A stretch of DNA of 64,000 bases, taken from positions 66,530-130,529 of the forward strand of contig JABSRZ010000006.1 in the NCBI GenBank assembly GCA_013214705.1, given 5' to 3'. The position numbers were made by a program, and so were the translations under genes. Under the pieces are notes generated by a model. It saw only the letters and a list, made by a program, of their open reading frames with translations, searched no databases and was not told where the DNA came from. Shown here piece after piece: positions 9,179 to 17,660 of the stretch; the stretch's first letter is position 1, and the number at the start of each line of letters is the position of its first letter. Source of the DNA: Hyphomicrobiales bacterium (lineage in GTDB: Bacteria; Pseudomonadota; Alphaproteobacteria; Rhizobiales; OSC116).

Positions 9179-10038
9179 GCCATCAATTCCTGACCTGTTA
9201 GCTCGATAAATACATTTTCTAATGTGGTTTCTTGGCTGTGTATGGTTTCTATTTGTTGGCCAGAATTTAGCAGTTTAAAAAAGTCTGAGTTTTGGCCTAA
9301 ATCATCTAGCGAAAAATTAGCAATTGTCGGTTTTTTGGCCACGCCTATATATTCAACATCAACAAAACGTTTGCCATATTGCTTTTTAAAATCCGATGGC
9401 TTGTCGATGGCGCGTAATTTACCATTGGTGACAAATGCCACCCGGTCGCACATTTGGTCGGCCAATGTCATGTTATGAGTGGTGATGAATATGGTTGTGC
9501 CTTGATCGCGTAAATTAAACACCAGATTTTTGATTTTGGCGGCATTAACCGGGTCTAAACCCGATGTTGGCTCATCTAAAAATAAAATTTTGGGTTGGTG
9601 TACCAAAGAGCGCGCCACGTTAAGCCTAATTTTCATGCCTTTTGAATAATCCGAGGTTTTTTTATCGGCATCTTCGGCCAAACCAACCCAAGACAATACC
9701 TCCATCACATCATGTTTTTTGCCACTATATAAAGACGAGAAATGCTGTAAATTTTCGCGTGCGGTGAGTTTTAAAAAATGGTTTGGAAGCTCGAATGATA
9801 CACCAATATGCTCATAAAAATCTTTACCCCACTGGTTTAACTCTTTGCCCATAATTTCTATATTGCCAGCATAATTTTTAAGCATGCCGATGAGAATATT
9901 TTGAGTGGTGGATTTGCCAGCCCCAGATGGGCCTAAAAAGCCTAATATTTCGCCCTTGGCGACTTCGAAATTTAGCCCGTATAAGGTCGGTGCGTCCGCT
10001 GTTTTATATTGGAAATTTAAGTTTTTAACTTTTATCAT
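9175..10038 (-). CDS. ABC transporter ATP-binding protein (ABC-2/DrrA-like exporter ATPase)
   Basis: 287 aa with Walker A GPSGAGKST, an ABC signature region, Walker B ILFLDEPTSGLD and an H-loop TTHNM. Confidence 0.9.
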   Translation of the reverse strand: MIKVKNLNFQYKTADAPTLYGLNFEVAKGEILGFLGPSGAGKSTTQNILIGMLKNYAGNIEIMGKELNQWGKDFYEHIGVSFELPNHFLKLTARENLQHFSSLYSGKKHDVMEVLSWVGLAEDADKKTSDYSKGMKIRLNVARSLVHQPKILFLDEPTSGLDPVNAAKIKNLVFNLRDQGTTIFITTHNMTLADQMCDRVAFVTNGKLRAIDKPSDFKKQYGKRFVDVEYIGVAKKPTIANFSLDDLGQNSDFFKLLNSGQQIETIHSQETTLENVFIELTGQELMA

Positions 10039-10067
10039 TATTGTCTCCGCTGTGGCTCTTCATTAAT

Positions 10068-10772
10068 TTAAGTGGTTTTAAGATCATTGGGGTCGATGCC
10101 ATATTTGTTGGTAAAATCATCAATCGAACTTTTGAAAATCTGACGTAGCACTTGTTTGCCAGCCTCGCTATTGCCGCCATCATCGGGGGTTAAGGCGCGG
10201 TCCATAATGTCGGCAAGGGTGGCGATGGTGTCTTCTATTGGTGGGGCGGCGGCTTTATCCATCACTTGGCCGATGGATACCAAACCGTGCGATATTATAT
10301 TCATAATATGGGCGGTGGTGAACGGGTCTAACTCTTTGCGCACACAGCCAACTTGCTGCATCATTTTTACAAATTCTTGGCGGGTATTTTGCTGATATTG
10401 TTGCTTAAATAGGCTATTTGGCTTGTATAAATAGCTACCGAAAAACTGGCCGTCTTGGCTCATCATGGCGGTTATGAAACTATCTTTATGCATGGCGTGC
10501 AGCATATTTATATAGATGCCAGCCATGGTTCCGCCCTTGGGGTCGGCCTCTACATAGGCCATCCACACATAGCTGAACTTGGCCATTTGGGTGGTTAGCA
10601 GAGTTTCGAACAATTCATCTTTGCTGTTAAAATGCAAATAAATAGCGCCTTTGGAGATGCCTGCTTGTTTGGCGATGTCGGCCACCGAGGTTTTGTCATA
10701 ACCAAATTTTATGAATAGGATTTTGGCGGCAGATAAAATCGCTGTTTGACGTAATTTTTGTTTATCATTCAT
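10068..10772 (-). CDS. TetR/AcrR family transcriptional regulator
   Basis: The HTH is SVADIAKQAGISKGAIYLHFNSKDELF. I place the start at the ATG at 10772 (MNDKQKLRQ...) with GGTGA upstream. The longer ORF to 10859 would read through the promoter and operator repeats. Confidence 0.85.
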   Translation of the reverse strand: MNDKQKLRQTAILSAAKILFIKFGYDKTSVADIAKQAGISKGAIYLHFNSKDELFETLLTTQMAKFSYVWMAYVEADPKGGTMAGIYINMLHAMHKDSFITAMMSQDGQFFGSYLYKPNSLFKQQYQQNTRQEFVKMMQQVGCVRKELDPFTTAHIMNIISHGLVSIGQVMDKAAAPPIEDTIATLADIMDRALTPDDGGNSEAGKQVLRQIFKSSIDDFTNKYGIDPNDLKTT

Positions 10773-10787
10773 TTTTTCACCGATGAT

Positions 10788-10859
10788 GTTTGACAGTTTG
10801 ACCGTTTGACCAATATTGTAATTTGGGTCAAACATAAAACCAGAATAACCTAGTGTCAA
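10788..10859 (-). promoter_or_regulatory. Promoter plus octamer-repeat operator of the tetR/ABC-2 operon
   Basis: Top-strand copies are GTTTGACA 10788-10795, GTTTGACC 10796-10803 and GTTTGACC 10804-10811, with an inverted GGTCAAAC at 10826-10833. On the minus strand, TTGACA (10859-10854), a 17-nt spacer and TATGTT (10836-10831) form a promoter-like element. Confidence 0.5.
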
Positions 10860-10875
10860 GTCAAATGTTCAGGTT

Positions 10876-11547
10876 TCAATTGGCAAAAAATACAATGAAG
10901 GCCACCAGAATGGCTGCCAAAATAATGCAAACCAGTGCTATTATGTGGTTAACATTAAGCGTCCACTCAGATTTGTAGGCTTTCCAACCGGTTATCATTG
11001 GCAGGATGAGATTATTTTTAAAGATGAAAAAATATACCGCGATTGCCAGCACATGCAGGGCCACCAAAGCCAGTATAATATTTGCCCCCATTGGGTGGTA
11101 ATTTTGGGCAATTATGTTCACTTGTTCAGTGCCATAATGCGCCAACGGGCCGGATAAAAATATGTCTTCATCATAATAGAATAGGCCGCTAATCACCTGA
11201 AATAGAAGTATAAACAGCATAGCCATCACCGACAATGCGCCCAGCGGACTATGGCCATAAGTTGCGCGGTGTTGGCTAGGGTGCATTAGCGATTTTAGAT
11301 AGTGGTAAATCTGTGTGGGGCTTTTGATGAAATTTACAAATTTTGCGGTTTCGCTGCCAAAAACACCCCAAATGATGCGAAAAACCAACAGGCCGATGAT
11401 GCCGAAACCAGAGATAAAATGAAGCTCCAAATTGTCGAAAAACCTAATCGAACTGTAGGAAATAACCACCAGAACAGCCAATAACCAATGAAATATTCGA
11501 ATGTAAATGTCCCATATTTGGGTTTTGCTTTGCTTGTCAACCGACAT
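10876..11547 (-). CDS. Cytochrome b561 family / b-type cytochrome membrane protein
   Basis: 223 aa with 4 TM helices. It shows the IWDIYIRIFHW N-terminal His motif and further conserved His residues typical of the PF01292-type cytochrome b family. Confidence 0.8.
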   Translation of the reverse strand: MSVDKQSKTQIWDIYIRIFHWLLAVLVVISYSSIRFFDNLELHFISGFGIIGLLVFRIIWGVFGSETAKFVNFIKSPTQIYHYLKSLMHPSQHRATYGHSPLGALSVMAMLFILLFQVISGLFYYDEDIFLSGPLAHYGTEQVNIIAQNYHPMGANIILALVALHVLAIAVYFFIFKNNLILPMITGWKAYKSEWTLNVNHIIALVCIILAAILVAFIVFFAN

Positions 11548-11666
11548 TTAACGCTCCGTATTTTGGATATTTTAGCCAATTGAATTATTGGTGAAAAATG
11601 TTACAATTTGTTGATTGAAATACTGCCACATATATGTCCTAATGCGAATAAAAACTTGGAGATTAT

Positions 11667-12083
11667 ATGAAACGCATACTTATCATTACATTTGCTCTAT
11701 TCGCCGCTACATTTTTTCAGGCGCAGGCAGATGAGTTATCTGACCGTAAACAATTAATGAAATCAATAAACGATTATATGAAAATACTGCAGGCGCAAAC
11801 ACAAGATTTTGATGCAAATATTGTGTCTATTCAAGCCACTAATATTGCTGTGGCGCTAGAGAGTGTAAAAACATTATTTAGCGAAAAAGGCGTTGGAGAA
11901 ACCGCCGCAAAAGATGAAATTTGGCAAGATTATGATAGATTCTTAGAGCTGTTTGCCAACAGCATACAAGCCAGTGAAACCGCCGCTGCATCGGCAGATA
12001 TGGATAGCTTGAGAAGCAATTTCCGAAAACTATCGCGCAGTTGTGGCGGATGCCATAGAAATTTCCGCATCAGAAAACAATAA
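11667..12083 (+). CDS. Cytochrome c-prime (class II cytochrome c)
   Basis: 138 aa with a signal peptide and four-helix-bundle-like composition. A single CGGCH heme-binding motif lies close to the C-terminus, the hallmark of class II c-type cytochromes. Confidence 0.8.
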   Translation: MKRILIITFALFAATFFQAQADELSDRKQLMKSINDYMKILQAQTQDFDANIVSIQATNIAVALESVKTLFSEKGVGETAAKDEIWQDYDRFLELFANSIQASETAAASADMDSLRSNFRKLSRSCGGCHRNFRIRKQ

Positions 12084-12128
12084 TCAAATGAGCAATTCTT
12101 TCTCGCATCAAATTTATGAGGAAACCCT

Positions 12129-12476
12129 ATGACATTATACCAAGCCGCTTGCCATTGTGGCGCTGTAAAATATCAAGTCGAAGGTGAGTTTGAATATTTA
12201 ATAGAGTGTAATTGCTCGATTTGCAGCCGCCGCGCTCATATATTATGGTTTGTGCCGCTAGCCAGTTTGCAATTTGAAAGTGGTGAAGATCAATTGACAA
12301 ATTATAAATTCGGTAAACGACGTTTAAACCATAGGTCTTGCCAAATATGCAGCACCGCAATGTTTACCCATGGCGATGATAAAGGCACAGAAAAATCTGG
12401 CCTAAACATTCGCACTTTTGCGGATATAGATATAACAGCCTTAGACATCACTCAGTATGACGGCAAAGCTTTATAA
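12129..12476 (+). CDS. GFA (glutathione-dependent formaldehyde-activating / CENP-V) family protein
   Basis: 115 aa with a CHCGAV...CNCSICSRR zinc-cysteine pattern. Confidence 0.8.
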   Translation: MTLYQAACHCGAVKYQVEGEFEYLIECNCSICSRRAHILWFVPLASLQFESGEDQLTNYKFGKRRLNHRSCQICSTAMFTHGDDKGTEKSGLNIRTFADIDITALDITQYDGKAL

Positions 12477-12708
12477 GGCTGAGTTTTTTGGCTCGGCTAA
12501 GTTTTTTAAGCGCGGCCTCGCGTTTTGAGGCAGCGCTTCTGTCTGTGCTGGGCTCATCATATACCAATTGCACGGGCAACCTGACGCGCGTATATTTTGC
12601 GCCTTTGCCGGCATTATGGGTGCTGACGCGTTTTGGCACATCATTGCTAATGCCAGTGTATAAACTACCATCGGCACATTTAACCATATATACAGACCAA
12701 TTTGACAT
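12448..12708 (-). CDS. GIY-YIG nuclease family protein (YhbQ-like)
   Basis: 86 aa with the WSVYMVKCADGSLYTGISNDVPKRVSTHNAGKGAKYTR pattern (GIY...YTG motif). Confidence 0.8.
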   Translation of the reverse strand: MSNWSVYMVKCADGSLYTGISNDVPKRVSTHNAGKGAKYTRVRLPVQLVYDEPSTDRSAASKREAALKKLSRAKKLSLIKLCRHTE

Positions 12709-12816
12709 ATAATTTTTGTAAAACCTGTGATTTTATTAAAATCTAAATTGTTTTTATTTTTTTAACCCTTATATTTCATGAGTTGATAATAGTAGCAGTT
12801 TGTTAAAGAGACCATA

Positions 12817-14055
12817 ATGACACAGAGCCGTAAGCATCTTTATTTTATTTTATTCATTGTTTTGTTAGACGTGGTCGGGTTGGGTATTATTATACCCATT
12901 TTCCCGCAATTGCTTATGGAACTGGGTGGCACGTCATTAAGCCAATCGGCCATTATCGGCGGTTATTTGGTGTTTGTTTATGCCGTTATGCAGTTTTTAT
13001 TTGCCCCGGTTATGGGTGCATTGTCCGATCAATTTGGCCGGCGGCCGGTTATTTTAATTTCGGTATTTGTATTTATGCTCGATTATATTTTGCTCGCCAA
13101 CGCACCGAATATTTGGTGGCTGGCCATTGGCCGGGTTATTGCGGGCATCGCCGGCAGCAGCATAACCACAGCGCATGCCTATGTGACCGATATTAGCAAA
13201 AAAGCCAACCGGGCTAAATATTTTGGTTTGCTGGGCGCGGCTATGGGTTTGGGGTTTATTTTAGGGCCAGCGTTGGGTGGCTTTTTAGGCGATTATGGGG
13301 TGCGGGTGCCGTTTTGGTTCTCGGCCATTGTATTGGGCATTACTTTCGTCATCGGTTATTTTGTATTGCCAGAAAGCCTGCCGATAGAAAAACGCCGTAA
13401 ATTTGAATGGTCACGGGCAAACCCGATTGGTGCCTTAATCCAGATGAGCAAATATAAATGGGTTATCGGCCTGATGGCGGTGATGTTTTTAATGGAAATG
13501 GCCGGGCAGGTTTACCCAACGACTTGGACATTTTTCACCATCGAACGGTTTGATTGGTCGATTAAAGAAGTGGGCGGCTCACTGGCATTATTTGGGGCCT
13601 TAATGGTGATTGTACAGGGCGGGCTTATTGGCCCGATTATCAAAAAATTTGGCAATGTAACAACTGTGTTTATCGGCCTAGTTGCTTCCACCGTGACCTT
13701 TGTGGTGGTGGGGTTTGTAACCGAGGCTTGGATGCTATATTCGTTTATGCCGATTATGGCATTGGGCGGCATTGCCGGGGTGGGCGTGCGCACCATGTTA
13801 TCGCACCAAGTGCCAGATAATGCCCAAGGTGAGCTGCAAGGCGCTTTAACCAGTGCATCGAGTATTGTGGCGTTTATCTCACCATTAATGATGACTCAAA
13901 TATTTGGTTATTTTTCATCTAAAGATGCCTATATTTATTTGCCCGGCGCGGCATTTTTGGCAGCGGCTGTGTTGTCGCTCATCGGGCTATTTGTGTTTAT
14001 TAGCGCCAGCCGCGCGCCGGATGAAATTCATATAGTGGCAGAGGGTGAAGCATGA
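12817..14055 (+). CDS. MFS transporter (TetA/drug-H+ antiporter-like, 12 TM)
   Basis: 412 aa with a GALSDQFGRRPV motif A loop after TM2 and an overall DHA1-like layout. Confidence 0.85.
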   Translation: MTQSRKHLYFILFIVLLDVVGLGIIIPIFPQLLMELGGTSLSQSAIIGGYLVFVYAVMQFLFAPVMGALSDQFGRRPVILISVFVFMLDYILLANAPNIWWLAIGRVIAGIAGSSITTAHAYVTDISKKANRAKYFGLLGAAMGLGFILGPALGGFLGDYGVRVPFWFSAIVLGITFVIGYFVLPESLPIEKRRKFEWSRANPIGALIQMSKYKWVIGLMAVMFLMEMAGQVYPTTWTFFTIERFDWSIKEVGGSLALFGALMVIVQGGLIGPIIKKFGNVTTVFIGLVASTVTFVVVGFVTEAWMLYSFMPIMALGGIAGVGVRTMLSHQVPDNAQGELQGALTSASSIVAFISPLMMTQIFGYFSSKDAYIYLPGAAFLAAAVLSLIGLFVFISASRAPDEIHIVAEGEA

Positions 14056-14813
14056 AAATAGGTTTGTTAATGGCTGGGATTAACTCTGGCGCTATAGCCG
14101 AAAAATACGGCGAGTATGAGCAACAATTTATAGATATGTTTGCGCTGGTGCACACGGATGATATGCCGCCCTTAGAGTGGAAAATATATAATGTATGGGA
14201 TGGTGATTTGCCAAAATCGGCCGCTGAATGTGATGCTTATTTAATCAGTGGCTCAAAGTATGGAGTTTATGATGACGACCCATGGATGCAAGGTTTGGCA
14301 AAATTTATCCGCGAGATTGTGGCGGCAAATAAACGTTTAACCGGCGTGTGTTTTGGGCATCAAATTATCGCTCATGCAATGGGCGGTGAGGTGGTGAAAG
14401 TCGATAAAGGCTTTGGCATTGGTTGGCATGATTACAAAATTATGATCCCATCTGCCATTGTACATTTAGCAAGAGATTACAAATTTGATCTGACCCTTAA
14501 AACTCAGTTTAGCGTCAATATATCGCATGCCGACCAAGTGGTTAAACTGCCTGATAGTGCCGAGATTATTGCGTCATCTGAATTTTGTGAGATTGCTGGG
14601 CTTTACTATCCGGAAGGCATTTTAACATTTCAGGGTCATCCGGAATTTGATAATCAATTTATTAAAGAGCTGATCGAATTTAAATGGAGTAATAGTCAGG
14701 GGTGGATCACCAAAACCAAAATTGACGATGCATTATCTGTCAATAACCTTGCCACAGACCGGCTGCCAATTGCTAAATTTATGCTAAATTTTATGACCGA
14801 AGGCCACCGATAA
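14052..14813 (+). CDS. Class I glutamine amidotransferase-like protein
   Basis: 253 aa with a nucleophile elbow GVCFGHQIIAHAMGG and a downstream H-P-E triad segment (FQGHPEF). Its ATGA start overlaps the MFS gene stop. Confidence 0.8.
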   Translation: MKIGLLMAGINSGAIAEKYGEYEQQFIDMFALVHTDDMPPLEWKIYNVWDGDLPKSAAECDAYLISGSKYGVYDDDPWMQGLAKFIREIVAANKRLTGVCFGHQIIAHAMGGEVVKVDKGFGIGWHDYKIMIPSAIVHLARDYKFDLTLKTQFSVNISHADQVVKLPDSAEIIASSEFCEIAGLYYPEGILTFQGHPEFDNQFIKELIEFKWSNSQGWITKTKIDDALSVNNLATDRLPIAKFMLNFMTEGHR

Positions 14814-14828
14814 AGAATAGGGATAAAA

Positions 14829-16067
14829 ATGACCAAAAAAATTGCCATTATAGGTGCAGGTTTGATCGGCACATCCATAGCTTTGCGTTTAGCGCAAAAA
14901 GGCTTGAATGTGGATTTAATTGACCGGTCATTTAGCCAGCAACCGGCCTCGGGCGGCAATGCCGGCATCATCGCCTATAGCGATATATTCCCGATGATTA
15001 GTGCCAAAACCTTGCTTAAAATTCCGCTGTGGTTGGCCGACCCAAAAGCCATGATTACATTGCGGCCAGCCTATGCGTTTAAAATGCTACCATGGTTTTT
15101 CCAGTTGATAAAATCGACCCAGCCTAGCCGCAAAAAAGGTGCTATCGAAGCCCGATTGGGGCTGATGAAAACTGCATTGAACGACCATTATGAGCAGATT
15201 GACAAGGCTGACATAGCGCGATTTATAGCCGAAACCGGCACTTATTATTTATACCAAAAAGAAGCTAGTTTTAACTTTGATGCAAGCAACCGAAAGCTAA
15301 AAGCCGACTATGGTTACGAGCCTGAAATCGTTTCAGCCAGTGATGCCTATAAACGCATTAATGGCTTGGAACAGGGGGTTTATAAAGCGGTGTTTGAAAA
15401 AGACAGCGCGGTGTTAAAAAGCCCGATGGGCCTGCTGCAATATTTACGTGACAAAGCCCGCGGTCTTGGGGTTAATTTTGTCGAGGCCGAAATTTTGGCA
15501 GTAGAGAGACATGTCGATGACATAAAGTTAAAAACCAAACATGGCGATGACATAACAGCCGATGAAATTGTGATAGCTGCAGGGGCTTTTTCGCGCAAAA
15601 TGACCAAAGATTTAGGCTTTGATGTGCCATTAGATACCGAGCGAGGCTATAATGTCACCATCCCCAACCCGCCATTTGAATTTGACTGCGCGGTGATTGC
15701 TAAAGATGCGCAAATTGCGGTTAGCTCGCTAACTGAGGGGCTGCGCGTTGGCGGCGGGGTTGAGTTTGCTGGCATTGATGCCAAACCAAATTATAAACGC
15801 ATCGACATGATGTTGAAATTGGCCAAACAGCTTTTTCCATCAATACCTGATGATCGCGGCGTGCGGTGGATGGGCTGCCGTCCATCGATGGCGGATGACA
15901 TGCCAGTCATCGGCCGCCACCCGCGTGATCGGCGGGTATATTTCGCGTTTGGCCATGCGCATTTGGGCATGACCATGTCAGCAGTAACCGCCAAACATAT
16001 CTGCAACCTAATTGTCGACGGCAAAACCGACGTAGATTTAACCCGCTTTAGGGTTGATAGGTTTTAG
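14829..16067 (+). CDS. FAD-dependent oxidoreductase (DadA / D-amino-acid dehydrogenase-like)
   Basis: 412 aa with an N-terminal dinucleotide fold IAIIGAGLIGTSIALRLAQKG and a C-terminal GHAHLGMT motif typical of the DAO family. Confidence 0.8.
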   Translation: MTKKIAIIGAGLIGTSIALRLAQKGLNVDLIDRSFSQQPASGGNAGIIAYSDIFPMISAKTLLKIPLWLADPKAMITLRPAYAFKMLPWFFQLIKSTQPSRKKGAIEARLGLMKTALNDHYEQIDKADIARFIAETGTYYLYQKEASFNFDASNRKLKADYGYEPEIVSASDAYKRINGLEQGVYKAVFEKDSAVLKSPMGLLQYLRDKARGLGVNFVEAEILAVERHVDDIKLKTKHGDDITADEIVIAAGAFSRKMTKDLGFDVPLDTERGYNVTIPNPPFEFDCAVIAKDAQIAVSSLTEGLRVGGGVEFAGIDAKPNYKRIDMMLKLAKQLFPSIPDDRGVRWMGCRPSMADDMPVIGRHPRDRRVYFAFGHAHLGMTMSAVTAKHICNLIVDGKTDVDLTRFRVDRF

Positions 16068-16093
16068 AGTGGCTGAAGGTGCTGCGTAAAGTT

Positions 16094-16392
16094 TCCACAT
16101 CACAGCTTTTCCGCCAGTTCTGGGTGGCGCTCCTGCCCAAGCTCTGGAAGTTTGCTCCTATATCGCTCACGGCTATTCTTCGCTTTGCTCAGGCCTACGC
16201 GGGTGCGCCACATAGGTGGCGGCCTCCAGTCCGGCTGGTTCAAAAAACACATGAGTTTTTTGAACGGGAGTTGTACGGCAAGTTTGTGCTGAGTTTCTTA
16301 ACAACATTAACCTCAGGTTCAGCCCCCGAAACTCCTGCACAAACTCTCCACATCACAGCTTTTCGCCAAATTCAGGGCTGCGCTGCTGATGA
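16094..16392. repeat. Intergenic structured repeat, copy A (related to 50630-50756 and 62394-62540), bracketed by imperfect ~50-bp direct repeats
   Basis: TCCACATCACAGCTTTT occurs at 16094-16110 and again at 16347-16363. The inner segment 16156-16232 aligns to the reverse complement of 50685-50754 (GCTCACGGC...GGCCTACGCG.GTGCGCC...GGCGGCCTC). An AU-rich 10-bp hairpin lies at 16238-16265. Confidence 0.6.
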
Positions 16393-16406
16393 GCCAAAAT
16401 AACCCA

Positions 16407-16434
16407 TTGACCTCGCATCGGGTTTGTATATATT
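16407..16434 (+). promoter_or_regulatory. Candidate sigma-70 promoter for the thiB riboswitch leader
   Basis: TTGACC (16407-16412), a 16-nt spacer and TATATT (16429-16434) sit about 10 nt upstream of the riboswitch P1 stem. Confidence 0.45.
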
Positions 16435-16444
16435 TGGTTTTGAT

Positions 16445-16552
16445 CTCACGGGGTGCAATGAAAATGTTTAATCATTTTTGGCGCTGAGATGTCCGCAAGG
16501 ATGACCCGTCGAACCTGATCCAGTTAATATTGGCGGAGGGATGGGATGTGAC
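16445..16552 (+). promoter_or_regulatory. TPP (THI-box) riboswitch
   Basis: CACGGGGTGC ... GCGCTGAGA ... ACCCGTCGAACCTGATCCAGTTAATATTGGCGGAGGGA matches the conserved THI-element core (GGGGUGC, CUGAGA, ACCC..GAACCUGAUC..GUUAAUAC..GCG.AGGGA). It lies 80 nt upstream of thiB. Confidence 0.9.
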
Positions 16553-16632
16553 GGACGATGTGCAATAATGTATGTTTTTTCGACCCACTCGCTGCCCTTA
16601 GCATTTAAAACAATGCACATAGGGAGCATATA

Positions 16633-17643
16633 ATGCAACAATTTACTAAATTAATAGCCACCATTGTGGTGACAAGCAGCCTGCTATTTGGCGCGGCTGC
16701 GGCACAAGCTAAAACGCTGAATGTATATACATATTCATCATTCAGTGCCGATTGGGGCGTTGGCCCAAAGGTGAAACAAGGGTTTGAGGCCATATGTGGT
16801 TGCGAGCTAAAATATACCAGTTTGGACGATGGTGTGTCGGTGTTAAACCGGATTCGACTTGAAGGCGCGCAAAGTGTAGCCGATGTGGTCATCGGGCTGG
16901 ACACCAACATTACCGAAACCGCTGCCAATACCGGCCTGTTTGCCGAACATGGGTTAGATTTAAGCACCACGCCAGTGCCAACCGGCTGGTCACATGCGCA
17001 ATTTGTGCCGTTCGATTATGGCTATTTTAGCTTTATTTATAATAGTGAAGTGGTCAAAAATCCGCCCACATCTATGCAAGAGCTTATTGATGCCCCAGAC
17101 AGTTTAAAAATTGTAATTCAAGACCCGCGCACCTCGACCCCGGGCTTAGGTCTGTTGTTATGGATGAAAGAAATTTATGGCGATGATGCGCCTGCCAAAT
17201 GGGCGCAGCTAGCGCCAAAAATTGTGACCGTCACCAAAGGTTGGTCAGAAGCTTATTATACCATCTTCCAAAGTGGTGAGGCCGACATGGTGCTCAGCTA
17301 CACCACCAGCCCAGCTTATCACATTACCGTTGAGCAAGATGAAAAATATAAAGGCGCAGATTTTAGCGAGGGCCATTATATGCAAATTGAAGTGGCGGCA
17401 AAATTAAAAGCCGCAAGCGAGCCAGAGCTTGCCGATATGTTTTTGCAATATATTGGTAGTGATGAGTTCCAAAGCTTTATACCACAAGGCCAGTGGATGT
17501 ACCGTTTGGGCGCAGGCGATGCTGGCGTGCCTGATAGTTTTGATAGCTTGGTGAAACCAGCCAAAACATTGCTTATCGACCCGGTTATAGTCGAAGCCAA
17601 CCGCAAGGCTTGGGTAAACGAATGGCAAAATGCGCTTAAATAG
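16633..17643 (+). CDS. thiB: Thiamine ABC transporter substrate-binding protein
   Basis: 336 aa with a signal peptide and the periplasmic binding protein pattern of the ThiB/TbpA family. It sits directly behind a TPP riboswitch with SD AGGGAG. Confidence 0.85.
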   Translation: MQQFTKLIATIVVTSSLLFGAAAAQAKTLNVYTYSSFSADWGVGPKVKQGFEAICGCELKYTSLDDGVSVLNRIRLEGAQSVADVVIGLDTNITETAANTGLFAEHGLDLSTTPVPTGWSHAQFVPFDYGYFSFIYNSEVVKNPPTSMQELIDAPDSLKIVIQDPRTSTPGLGLLLWMKEIYGDDAPAKWAQLAPKIVTVTKGWSEAYYTIFQSGEADMVLSYTTSPAYHITVEQDEKYKGADFSEGHYMQIEVAAKLKAASEPELADMFLQYIGSDEFQSFIPQGQWMYRLGAGDAGVPDSFDSLVKPAKTLLIDPVIVEANRKAWVNEWQNALK

Positions 17644-17660
17644 AGCGTAATATTTAGCTA

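Noticed and set aside
10773-10859. N-terminal extension of the TetR ORF (29 extra codons).
   Set aside because: The extension would be translated from the promoter and octamer-operator region. The TetR HTH alignment begins right after the ATG at 10772, which has a GGTGA SD.
16079-16402. 107-aa ORF in the spacer between the flavoenzyme gene and the thiB riboswitch.
   Set aside because: The ORF is assembled from the intergenic repeat element, and its two ends are the same direct repeat. It has no SD and no protein-like motif.
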